Origin: Nitrososphaeria archaeon
GTDB lineage: Archaea; Thermoproteota; Nitrososphaeria; Nitrososphaerales; JAAOZN01
NCBI GenBank assembly: GCA_029775855.1
Contig: JARVJZ010000002.1
Span: 95,800 to 159,799 of the forward strand
DNA: 64,000 nucleotides
Direction: 5' to 3'
Under the pieces are notes generated by a model. The model saw only the letters and a list, made by a program, of their open reading frames with translations. It was not told where the DNA came from and did no database searches. Of this stretch, positions 9,435 through 17,823 are shown piece after piece; within the stretch, counting starts at the first letter, position 1, and the number at the start of each line of letters is the position of its first letter. Both the position numbers and the translations under genes were made by a program.

Positions 9435-10448
9435 CTACTTAGTGTGAAGGTAGCACGCTACACGCCTGCTACCCTTAATCTCAATAAGTTGGGGCTCCTC
9501 AACTTCGCACTTACCTTTAATAAGATAAGGACATCGAGGATGAAATCTACAACCAGAAGGAGGCGATACTGCGCTCGGCGGCTCACCGGCAGGCACATTC
9601 CTATACCGTTTTCTATTCTCAGGATTAGGATCTGGTATAGCTGATACTAAGGCTTGCGTGTATGGGTGCAGAGGCTCTTTAAGAATTTCTCTAGTAGGTC
9701 CAGATTCAACGATTTTACCAGCATACATTATGTAGAGGGTTTGTGAAAAGTATTTAATGGTAGCGAGGTCGTGTGTGATGTAGATAAGACTAGTTTTATA
9801 TTTTTCTTGTAACCCTTTGAGCAGATCCATAATTTCAACTCTTACAGAAGCGTCGAGCATGCTTACAGGTTCATCCGCTACTATGAGTTTTGGTTTAAGT
9901 ATCATAGCTCTGGCTATTGCTACTCTCTGTCTTTGCCCTCCTGAGAGCATATGAGGATGCTTTGATGCAAACATTTCTGGCGGTTCCAGTTTGACATCTG
10001 CCAACGCTTGGTTAACCATTTCTTTCATCTCACTATAGTGTTTTGCTATGTTGTGTATAGACAGCGGCTCTGATAATATACGCTCCACCGTGAAGAATGG
10101 ATTTAGGCTTCCAAATGGGTCTTGATATATGATCTGCGCCTCTCTTCTATACCACTTCAACTGATCTTCATTCAAGTTATCGATTCTTCTACTATCGTAA
10201 AGTATTTCACCTGAGATAGGTTTGTATAGCCTTAGAAGAGTCTTACCTAAGGTCGTCTTGCCAGAGCCAGACTCTCCTACTACAGCAACAGACTCCCCTT
10301 TGCCAACATCTACACTAACCCCATCCACCGCCTTAACATAAACAGACTTACCCACTATTCCTCTGCCTATACTAAACCAAGTCTTAACATCTTTTGCTTG
10401 CAGAAGCAAAGTTTCCGCAGGCATTAAACCCTCTCCCACAGTAGACAA
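9435..10448 (-). CDS. Peptide ABC transporter ATPase (OppF/DppF-type)
   Basis: Contains GESGSGKTT, LSGGQRQR and LIVADEP, plus the oligopeptide-type C-terminal extension with CRFHPRCP. Confidence 0.9.
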   Translation of the reverse strand: MSTVGEGLMPAETLLLQAKDVKTWFSIGRGIVGKSVYVKAVDGVSVDVGKGESVAVVGESGSGKTTLGKTLLRLYKPISGEILYDSRRIDNLNEDQLKWYRREAQIIYQDPFGSLNPFFTVERILSEPLSIHNIAKHYSEMKEMVNQALADVKLEPPEMFASKHPHMLSGGQRQRVAIARAMILKPKLIVADEPVSMLDASVRVEIMDLLKGLQEKYKTSLIYITHDLATIKYFSQTLYIMYAGKIVESGPTREILKEPLHPYTQALVSAIPDPNPENRKRYRNVPAGEPPSAVSPPSGCRFHPRCPYLIKGKCEVEEPQLIEIKGSRRVACYLHTK

Positions 10449-11386
10449 GAGACATAATGTTCGGATGAAACCTTTACTGGTTCAGGCTCTCTAACTTTAC
10501 AAACATCCATAACATAAGGGCAGCGGGGATGGAACCTACATCCTGGTGGTGGATAAGCTAGATCCGGAGGTGAGCCTGGGATAAACTCTAGTTTGGCATC
10601 TTCTAGGAGCTTCGGCGTCGCGGCTAGAAGCTTTTGTGTATAAGGATGTTTTGGCGCCGTCAAAATTGAAACTATATCACCTAATTCAACAACCTTACCC
10701 GCATACATGACAGCTATGTAGTCGCTGAGTTCACTTGAAAGACCTAAGTCATGGGTTATGAATATGTATGTGAGGTTTAGTTCCTCTTGAAGCCTCTTCA
10801 AAAGATTGATTATATTAGCTTGAGTTATAACATCTAAGGCTGAAGTCGGTTCATCTAAAATAAGAAACTTAGGTCTTAAGCTTAGCGCAGTCGCGATAAC
10901 AACACGCTGCTTCATGCCACCACTGAGCTCATGAGGATACTTATCCAATAAGGAATTAGGAAGCCTTACAAGCTCCAAGAGCTCGGCGGCACGCTTCAGC
11001 GCCTCTAGTTTATCCAAACCCAAGTGTATGGTAAAAGGTTCAGCCAGCTGTTCGCCTATATTAAGTACTGGGTTAAGAGAATTCATGGCGCCTTGAAAAA
11101 CCATAGCCATCTTCTTTAGCCAGAAGTCTCTTCTTAAATCGTTCTCTGTAAGATCCATAAGGTTTTTGCCATCAAATATCAGCTCTCCACAATAGGTATG
11201 AGTGTTCCTTGGGAGTAGCCGCATTATAGCGTAAGCCATAGAACTCTTTCCACAGCCAGATTCACCTACTAAAGAAAGGCAGCTTCCCTCTTTAAGATCG
11301 AAGCTTACACCGTCAACGGCTTTAACGACACCGCGTCTGGTTCGGTAGTAAAGTGTTAGACCCTTCAAGGATAATAAAACACTCAT
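10424..11386 (-). CDS. Peptide ABC transporter ATPase (OppD/DppD-type)
   Basis: Contains GESGCGKSS, LSGGMKQR, LILDEPTSALD and the C-terminal CRFHPRCP motif. Confidence 0.9.
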   Translation of the reverse strand: MSVLLSLKGLTLYYRTRRGVVKAVDGVSFDLKEGSCLSLVGESGCGKSSMAYAIMRLLPRNTHTYCGELIFDGKNLMDLTENDLRRDFWLKKMAMVFQGAMNSLNPVLNIGEQLAEPFTIHLGLDKLEALKRAAELLELVRLPNSLLDKYPHELSGGMKQRVVIATALSLRPKFLILDEPTSALDVITQANIINLLKRLQEELNLTYIFITHDLGLSSELSDYIAVMYAGKVVELGDIVSILTAPKHPYTQKLLAATPKLLEDAKLEFIPGSPPDLAYPPPGCRFHPRCPYVMDVCKVREPEPVKVSSEHYVSCLLWERV

Positions 11387-12798
11387 TCTTCTCTTAACCT
11401 CGGATTCAAAACCTTATCCAAGGAATACCACAGCAATGCGAAGGCTGTGCTAACAAGTACTATGAATATTGATGGTATAAGGATCCACCACCAATATCCA
11501 TAATATGCTGCACCGCCTGAAAAGGCTTCACTGATGATCTTACCCCAAGTGGGTAATGCTGGGTCGCCTAGGCCTAGTATGCTTAAGCTAGCCTCTAGGA
11601 ATACATATGCAGGCACTGAGACTGTTATGTTGGCGAATGTGTAGGGCAGTAGTCTTGGGAGTATGTAGAGGAATAGGATTCTGGGTCTGCTTGCCCCATA
11701 AGACTTCGCAGCTTCAATATATGGCTCTTCGCGTATCTGTAATGCCATGCTTCTAACAGACTTCGTTACCCCTCCAAATAGAGATAGAGCTATTACTGCT
11801 ATAAGCAGAGTCCAAATTGTGGTTTTATAAATAAACTGAATCGTTATGAGAAGGGATAGAAAGGGCAGAACAAGATAGATGTCTGTAACTCTTTGTATAA
11901 TCTCGTCAACCCTAGAGCCGTAGAAACCGCTTATAGCCCCAAATACAGCTTGAACAAGGGTCACAACTAAAGCGGCTACTAAGCCAAATGCTAAGGCAAT
12001 AGGTGCGCCCCAAACTATACCCACAAATATGTCACGCCTCATATTATCTGTGCCACAAAGACCATACACTGAGCCCAGAAGATTAAGCTGAGCGTTCACA
12101 TCGAAGAACTTACTCTCAGATACACCTTCAACCACAAGCTCATACGGTCTAGAAGGCTTCACATCACTAGACTTAAGGAGCTTGGCTGTACCTTTCAATA
12201 AAGAATCTTCGCTCGAAAATAAAACTTCTCCAACCGATAATGTAGATGGTGCAGCTAACTTTTGGAGATACGCTTGCACATTCTCAAAAACAGTTCTGTC
12301 CCTATAAGTGAATACGCTCTTCTGACCAGCTTCAACCGCTTCTCTGAGAAGCAAGACACTACTTCCATCTGGTCTGACCCACCTTACTGTGAGTAATGAC
12401 CTCGTCTCAGAAATGATCTCTAGGTTTAGATTTACCTCCGTTGGTATGGTATCATAATTGTAAGTTATCCGAGCCCTAAGTTCTATTTTTGTAGTATTGA
12501 GCCCTGCAACCTTCTGTACATCCTTTCTGAAGTCTTCTTGCTTAATTATAACAGTCTTTAAAGAGTTTTGGCCGGTAAAGATCGTAACCCACTCCGGCGC
12601 AGCAAGCCTCGGTTTATCAAGCCAAGCTTGCGGATCATTCCACTTTTCTATTATATTTTCTGGTGAGAAGACAGCAACCATTGATATCAATAATATGGAC
12701 GCTAAGATTATTATGCCAGCAAGCCCGCTTTTTGAATGAGAGACTTCGTATGCAACCGACTTTAAACCAACCGGCGCACTACTCACAAAATCACCCAA
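11383..12798 (-). CDS. Peptide ABC transporter permease (OppC/DppC-type) with a large N-terminal extracytoplasmic insert
   Basis: The C-terminal ~230 aa form a binding-protein-dependent permease core. It is preceded by one TM helix and a ~230-aa non-hydrophobic segment. It overlaps the ATPase gene by 4 nt. Confidence 0.85.
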   Translation of the reverse strand: MGDFVSSAPVGLKSVAYEVSHSKSGLAGIIILASILLISMVAVFSPENIIEKWNDPQAWLDKPRLAAPEWVTIFTGQNSLKTVIIKQEDFRKDVQKVAGLNTTKIELRARITYNYDTIPTEVNLNLEIISETRSLLTVRWVRPDGSSVLLLREAVEAGQKSVFTYRDRTVFENVQAYLQKLAAPSTLSVGEVLFSSEDSLLKGTAKLLKSSDVKPSRPYELVVEGVSESKFFDVNAQLNLLGSVYGLCGTDNMRRDIFVGIVWGAPIALAFGLVAALVVTLVQAVFGAISGFYGSRVDEIIQRVTDIYLVLPFLSLLITIQFIYKTTIWTLLIAVIALSLFGGVTKSVRSMALQIREEPYIEAAKSYGASRPRILFLYILPRLLPYTFANITVSVPAYVFLEASLSILGLGDPALPTWGKIISEAFSGGAAYYGYWWWILIPSIFIVLVSTAFALLWYSLDKVLNPRLREE

Positions 12799-13852
12799 CC
12801 TTCACTCTAGGATCTAATACACCGTAGATTATATCCAGTATTAGAACAGTCGCTACAAGCAGATATGCATAGACTACAGCAGCGCCGATAACAACTGGTG
12901 CATCTGTAGATAATATTGCTAGATTGAGCAGGTTGCCTATACCCGGCCAACCAAAAACTACTTCCGTGATTATAGCGCCTTGCCATGAAGCGATTAGAGC
13001 TAAAGCTACATTGGTTATTATAGGTGGCATAGATGGTCTGAGAACATATTTTCTCAGCACCATACCTTCAGATAAACCTTTGGCTTTAGCCATAGTAACG
13101 AAGTCTTCACCTATAGTCTGTATGACGATATTTCTAGTTATGTAAGCCCAGAACGGAAAGGAAGCAATGATCCAAGTTATAAGTGGTAAAACCATATGAT
13201 ACATAACATCAAGGGCATAAAGCAGAGGATCTGTAGGAGAGGGAACACTTACGAAACCGCCAAACGGGAAGAGCCTTATGTAGAAAGCAAATAAAAGCAA
13301 GAAGATGATAGCGAAGAACCAAGGCGGTATAACACCAGTTACCACAGCCAGCATGGTCATAAATCGGTCAAATAGACCCCCTGGTTTCCTAGCCATAACT
13401 AAACCTACAAGGATACCCAACACGCTATAGATTATTGTAGCTGTTGTGAAAAGGGCGACTGTTGCTGGTAATCTTTCCATTATTATGTCAACGACAGCCC
13501 TTGACCCTGTGTTACTCTTTATCACAAGAGCTTGACCTAGCCTTAGTGTTAACGCATCAACCAAATATATGAAACTTCTTACGATGAAGGGTTTATCTAA
13601 ACCTTTAGCTTGTATTGCTAGGTTTATCCTCTGCTCTAACATCTTTTCTCTTTCCTCTTCAGGAAGCCTATTAAATGACGGATCTCTGCTTAGTGTGGAT
13701 GATACATCAAACCTAATTTGACTTGCCAATATCTGATCTACTAGCCCGCCCCCGTTTGCAATAACTACTGTAAGATAAGTTGCCACAATTAGTGTTATGG
13801 CTAACAAAGAAATCCTCTTTGCAAAGTATTTTTTAGAGAATCCCACAAACAA
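12791..13852 (-). CDS. Peptide ABC transporter permease (OppB/DppB-type)
   Basis: A multi-TM protein with an EAA-loop-like EDFVTMAKAKGLSE and the characteristic C-terminal LDPRV. Confidence 0.85.
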   Translation of the reverse strand: MFVGFSKKYFAKRISLLAITLIVATYLTVVIANGGGLVDQILASQIRFDVSSTLSRDPSFNRLPEEEREKMLEQRINLAIQAKGLDKPFIVRSFIYLVDALTLRLGQALVIKSNTGSRAVVDIIMERLPATVALFTTATIIYSVLGILVGLVMARKPGGLFDRFMTMLAVVTGVIPPWFFAIIFLLLFAFYIRLFPFGGFVSVPSPTDPLLYALDVMYHMVLPLITWIIASFPFWAYITRNIVIQTIGEDFVTMAKAKGLSEGMVLRKYVLRPSMPPIITNVALALIASWQGAIITEVVFGWPGIGNLLNLAILSTDAPVVIGAAVVYAYLLVATVLILDIIYGVLDPRVKVG

Positions 13853-13909
13853 CCACTCTTTAATCTGCTTATTAAAGTTTAAATAGAAACATTAACCGAG
13901 AGTATTGTC

Positions 13910-16789
13910 ATGCGGAAAAAATCTTTGAAGAATTTAGCTATCGGATTAGTCGCCATCATACTGCTCTTACCCTCACTAACAGCATCTGTAGCAGCTCAAG
14001 CAGCACCTAAAGGGCCCTATGTGGATAAAATCATCTACTTCCAGCTGCCAAGTGATGAAGAAGCCATAACCAAGATTCAGACAGGCGAAGCACATATGCG
14101 GTGGTGGGGGCTAAGAACTATCGAAGCCGTCAAAAAAGCTCAAGAAGCTGGGTTAAATATACTTGAATCACCATCTGGAGCATACGACATTCTCGTGAAC
14201 CCAGTGCCATTCCGTGAAGGTTTCAACCCATTCACTATATCTGAAATCAGAGAAGCCCTCAACTACCTCATAGATAGGTCATTTATAGCTAATGAAATTT
14301 TGAAAGGACTTGCTGTGCCCCGGTGGACACTCCATAGGTCTTTCTCACCGGATTATGCGCGAAACATCGTCTTTATGAAATCCCTTGAATCAAAGTATGC
14401 TTACGACTTCGATAAAGCGAAGATGATTATCTTCGAATCTATGGGCAAAGCTGGTGCAACCTTTGAAGAAGGCAAGTGGATGTATAACGGTAAACCCGTC
14501 GTAATCAAATTCTCCATAAGAGTTGAAGATTTAAGAAGAGCTATAGGTGACTACATTTCATCACAGCTTGAGAAGGTAGGTTTCACAGTAGAGAGAATGT
14601 ATCAGAGGGCTGCAGTGGCATTCGGCATAGTTTACAGCGGTAATCCAGCTGATGGTGCCTGGAACCTATATACTGAGGGCTGGGCTTACACAGGCATATC
14701 AGCCTACGAGGACACAGACGCATACTTCTACTACGTCTCCCCTGGAACAGATGCTGTTCATACTGTGTATAAGCCATCCCCGCTGCTTGTTGATGTAGCT
14801 ACAAAGCTTAATGAGGGGAAGTATGCTGACCTAGATGAGAGAAGTAGATTAGTAAGGTCTGCTAACGAACTCGCATTGAAGGATTCTGTTAGAATCTTTC
14901 TGGTTGACCAGCTGGAGGCATTCCCCTACTCTAAGACATTGCAGATTGGTGTTTCAGACCTATATGCTGGACCCTATGGTGTGCTCTTTGGTAGAAGTAT
15001 GAGGTTTGTGGATAAAGTTGGCGGAGAGGCGAAGATAGGTAGCAGAGTCATGTTCGTATCATCTTACCTTGCGATGCCTGGCTCTGGGGGAGGCACAGAT
15101 ATAGGCTTCAACTGGCTGTTCGATGGCTTAGTATTCAACAACCTATTTGATCCAGGGGTTTGGGTACATCCGCATACTGGACGCTACATGCCAATACGCA
15201 CCACTTTTAATGTGCAGACTGGCGGAGTAAAGGTGCCTGAAGATGCCTTAACTTGGTCTTGGGAGCAAGGTAAATGGGTTGCAGTAGGCAAGAATGTTAC
15301 TGCAAAGAGCAAAGTAACGTTTACAGCAACATTAGGTAAGTGGCACGACGGTGCAAACGTAGGTAAAGAGGATATTATGATGTTCATATATGAAATACTG
15401 GGCATAGCCACTCCAGGAAGCCCAATCCACGACCCAGCAGCGATCTCACCAGCTGTTCAGACATTCACTAACACCTTTAAAGGTGTAAAGTGGCTTAGCG
15501 ACAACGTCTACGAGATATACTTAGACTACACACATCCTGATGAGACATTCATAGCAGCCCAAGCTGATGTCTTCCCCTTCATGCCTTGGCAAGTATATGC
15601 TTTAGTAAACGCCCTTTACCAAGATAAGAAAGCTGCTTTCTCAGAGACCACAGCTACAGAGCTTGGTGTGACACAAATAGATCTAACTAAAGGCGACACG
15701 CTTCCTCTACTAAAAGAATACTTCAGCAAGATGGCACCTTCATACATTCATCCAGCTGTGAAGGACTTTGTGAAGGATGCGTCTTCAAGATGGAATTCAC
15801 TTAAAGCCTTCTCAGACAAATATGGACACTACCTTGTTATGAGTGGCCCATTCTTTATAGAGAGAGTTGACCCAGTAGCAGCCCAAGTAATCTTAGCAGC
15901 CTTCAGAGACTACCCCTACACTGCTGACAAGTGGGATTACCTACTTAAACCGAGGGTTCCAACCATAGGCGTCGAAGTTCCTAATGAGGTAGTTCCAGGA
16001 TTACCGGCGCTTATAAATGTGACGAGCAGAGTTGAAGGAAAGCCTTACAGTGATGTTAACGTGCAGTATGTCCTTGAAGACCCAAACGGGGTTGTAGTAG
16101 AGTCAGGCTTGGCTTCTGCTAAGGGAGCGGGTGTCTTTACAGTAGAGTTCAGCAAGGAAGTTACTAGTAAACTTACATCTGGCATCTATAAGCTTACAAT
16201 TATAGGTGTTGGTGCAGAAGCAGCCTTAGCAGCGGTTAAAACAGCGCCTATCAACGTCATACCCCAACTCGAATATATACTCAGAGAAGTTGGTGGCGTT
16301 AGGGAAGATATATCGAAGAAGCTTGAAAGTGAAATCACAAGCGTCCAAGAAAGCATATCGAAGAAACTCGAGAGCGAAATTACGAGCGTTCAAGGCGGCA
16401 TATCAAAGCAGCTTGAGAGCGTGCAAGCAGGCATAGCTGATGCTCTTAAGACCGTAGCTGTAGGAGTTGATAAGATGGGCACATCTCTAACAGAGTCAGT
16501 TAAAGTCGTTGCCACTGGGTTGGACAAGACAAACACCGCTGTGACAGAGGTTAGAACAGCGCTATCAGATGTTAAATCTGCTGTTGCAGATCTAAAGAGC
16601 ACTCAGACAACAAGTAGTCAGAGGCTAGAGAGCTCAATAGCTTCTCTTGAGGACAGCATAAACTCACTCACATCAAGTATACTTCAAATTTCAACATATG
16701 TCACAATAGCTATAGGTGTGGCGGTGGTAGCGATAGTGGTGGCAATAGTAGTTCCACTAGCCGTCTTAAGGTCAAGGAAGACAGGCTAA
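13910..16789 (+). CDS. ABC substrate-binding protein (family 5, peptide/nickel type) with a long C-terminal extension and C-terminal TM anchor
   Basis: An N-terminal hydrophobic signal/anchor (LAIGLVAIILLLPSLTASVAAQA) is followed by ~700 aa of SBP_bac_5-like sequence. The extension adds a ~100-aa beta-rich segment, a ~150-aa Ser/Thr/Leu-rich helical repeat region and a terminal TM helix plus RSRKTG. The gene is divergent from the permease/ATPase operon. Confidence 0.8.
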   Translation: MRKKSLKNLAIGLVAIILLLPSLTASVAAQAAPKGPYVDKIIYFQLPSDEEAITKIQTGEAHMRWWGLRTIEAVKKAQEAGLNILESPSGAYDILVNPVPFREGFNPFTISEIREALNYLIDRSFIANEILKGLAVPRWTLHRSFSPDYARNIVFMKSLESKYAYDFDKAKMIIFESMGKAGATFEEGKWMYNGKPVVIKFSIRVEDLRRAIGDYISSQLEKVGFTVERMYQRAAVAFGIVYSGNPADGAWNLYTEGWAYTGISAYEDTDAYFYYVSPGTDAVHTVYKPSPLLVDVATKLNEGKYADLDERSRLVRSANELALKDSVRIFLVDQLEAFPYSKTLQIGVSDLYAGPYGVLFGRSMRFVDKVGGEAKIGSRVMFVSSYLAMPGSGGGTDIGFNWLFDGLVFNNLFDPGVWVHPHTGRYMPIRTTFNVQTGGVKVPEDALTWSWEQGKWVAVGKNVTAKSKVTFTATLGKWHDGANVGKEDIMMFIYEILGIATPGSPIHDPAAISPAVQTFTNTFKGVKWLSDNVYEIYLDYTHPDETFIAAQADVFPFMPWQVYALVNALYQDKKAAFSETTATELGVTQIDLTKGDTLPLLKEYFSKMAPSYIHPAVKDFVKDASSRWNSLKAFSDKYGHYLVMSGPFFIERVDPVAAQVILAAFRDYPYTADKWDYLLKPRVPTIGVEVPNEVVPGLPALINVTSRVEGKPYSDVNVQYVLEDPNGVVVESGLASAKGAGVFTVEFSKEVTSKLTSGIYKLTIIGVGAEAALAAVKTAPINVIPQLEYILREVGGVREDISKKLESEITSVQESISKKLESEITSVQGGISKQLESVQAGIADALKTVAVGVDKMGTSLTESVKVVATGLDKTNTAVTEVRTALSDVKSAVADLKSTQTTSSQRLESSIASLEDSINSLTSSILQISTYVTIAIGVAVVAIVVAIVVPLAVLRSRKTG
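16310..16432 (+). repeat. In-frame 45-nt tandem repeat (2 full copies plus 1 partial) inside the SBP C-terminal extension
   Basis: ISKKLESEITSVQES / ISKKLESEITSVQGG / ISKQLESVQAG. The two full copies encode the same 13 residues but differ at many synonymous sites (aagcttgaaagtgaaatcacaagcgtccaa vs aaactcgagagcgaaattacgagcgttcaa). Confidence 0.85.
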
Positions 16790-16796
16790 CCTCCAC

Positions 16797-16811
16797 TTCT
16801 TTTTCTTTTTG
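16797..16811. terminator. T-rich tract between the convergent SBP gene and tRNA (oligo-T archaeal terminator candidate)
   Basis: tctttttcttttt lies directly after the SBP stop codon (16787-16789). On the other strand, aatttt/atttttatc follows the tRNA 3' end. Confidence 0.4.
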
Positions 16812-16834
16812 ATAAAAATATATACGGAAAATTA

Positions 16835-16942
16835 TGGTGGGGCCGGCGAGATTTGAACTCGCGGTCGCCAGCGTTCTAGCCTTAGCCCCCAGGCTCACCG
16901 GCTCAGCCTCTGGTATCCTTGACCAAACTAGACGACGGCCCC
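16835..16942 (-). tRNA. Intron-containing tRNA with encoded CCA; best model is tRNA-Pro(GGG) with two introns (16 nt at 30/31, 13 nt at 37/38)
   Basis: Read on the minus strand: acceptor GGGGCCG/CGGCCCC, discriminator A and CCA. D-arm is GTCT-AGTTTGGTCAA-GGAT, with A14, G18G19 and A21. T-arm is GCGAG-TTCAAAT-CTCGC. The 108-nt length needs 29 extra nt between the anticodon-stem halves CCAG...CTGG. Removing 16894-16909 and 16874-16886 yields CCAGC-CUGGGGC-GCUGG. Both excisions sit in hand-folded bulge-helix-bulge motifs (see finding). Confidence 0.8.
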
Positions 16943-16965
16943 CGTGGTTCCTTGGCTAGTGTGGT

Positions 16966-16981
16966 AGTTTTTAATATTATC
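16966..16981 (-). promoter_or_regulatory. TATA-box-like element upstream of the tRNA
   Basis: On the minus strand, ataatattaaaaa ends about 26 nt upstream of tRNA position 1. That spacing is typical for archaeal promoters. Confidence 0.4.
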
Positions 16982-17069
16982 TATCTTTACGCTCAGTTTT
17001 CCGTCAACCGATTAGATAAAGATTCTTTGGGAACGTGGTGGCAGTTCCGTACAGCAAAGAAATGATTGT

Positions 17070-17405
17070 TCATATCTCGTTGATTTCAGTTATGAACCTC
17101 ATATACCATTCTTTAAACTCTTTTGTTGAAGCGATATGCAGTTCTATTGGTGCATATAGACCAACGGTTCTCAGTATGTTCGCCTTTAACTCCGCTCTTC
17201 TATCTTTATCTATGTTATCGCAAACTATGAGTATATCTACGTCGCTTGATGCTGTGAATCTACCTTTTAGGACTGAGCCAAATACGTATATTCTTGCATC
17301 TTTGTAATCATTTCTGACAATTTCCTTGACTTTTGCTGCTAACTCTCTGTATTTAGTCAAGAGCTCTAATCGCTCCTTACCCGAATTTATATATTGCTTA
17401 AACAT
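17070..17405 (-). CDS. Minimal nucleotidyltransferase (MNT-type antitoxin-like)
   Basis: Contains the GSVLKGRFTASSDVDILIV pattern (GS...DxD polymerase-beta-fold NTase) in 111 aa. Its ATG overlaps the stop of the upstream HEPN C-terminal reading frame (gaagATGtttaa). Confidence 0.85.
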   Translation of the reverse strand: MFKQYINSGKERLELLTKYRELAAKVKEIVRNDYKDARIYVFGSVLKGRFTASSDVDILIVCDNIDKDRRAELKANILRTVGLYAPIELHIASTKEFKEWYMRFITEINEI

Positions 17406-17780
17406 CTTCGACTACATCTTTGAATTTTTCGGCGAAGGCGATAAGCTGCTCAACTTCCTTCTTCTCATACCTCCTTGGAATATATCGTGAGATAATATAA
17501 ACGTCTTCCATCTTCGTCAGCAGTAGAATTTCTGAGTCTATAAAGGAGGCTAAATTTTTTCTGGGTAAGCAGCATCGAGTTCTCTTAATATCCTTATAAG
17601 CGAATATGTCCTTGGGTATGTTCCGGTCCTTATCAATAGTTTATATTTTAACAGAAGTTGACAAAACTGTTCTAGATTAAAAGCTGCTAAATCATACTCT
17701 TTCTCCTCGAAGAGCCGTTTAGCGTTTCTTAAGAAAGAGTAGGCTCTTTCTCTTAACACCTCTGCTTCATCTATAGACAA
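17398..17780 (-). pseudogene. HEPN-domain gene split by a frameshift
   Basis: The 76-aa N-terminal part (17550-17780) ends at a TAG. The expected C-terminal half continues in another frame from 17547 to the TAA at 17398-17400: SFIDSEILLLTKMEDVYIISRYIPRRYEKKEVEQLIAFAEKFKDVVEDV. The two parts together total about 125 aa, a normal HEPN size. Confidence 0.65.
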
Positions 17781-17823
17781 ACCGCTGAAGGAGGGTTGTC
17801 CATGCTTTTAAATTTGATGCATT

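Noticed and set aside
9015-9644. 209-aa + strand ORF spanning the CBS gene and the 3' end of the OppF gene. Similar antisense ORFs occur at 6287-6736, 38315-38800, 39894-40310, 45548-45958 and 51171-51845.
   Set aside because: Each lies antisense to, or bridges, genes with clear family motifs on the other strand. Their compositions are typical of antisense translation, and none has recognisable domains.
16835-16942. Alternative readings of the long tRNA: a class II tRNA (Leu/Ser) with a long variable arm, or a single 29-nt intron
   Set aside because: The variable region before the T-stem is only ~5 nt (CGACC). CTGAG (Leu-GAG) has no complementary stem around it. No single excision between CCAG and CTGG gives a 7-nt loop with U33 and a paired 31-39. 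The only U33 options yield anticodon AGA with an A-G mismatch.
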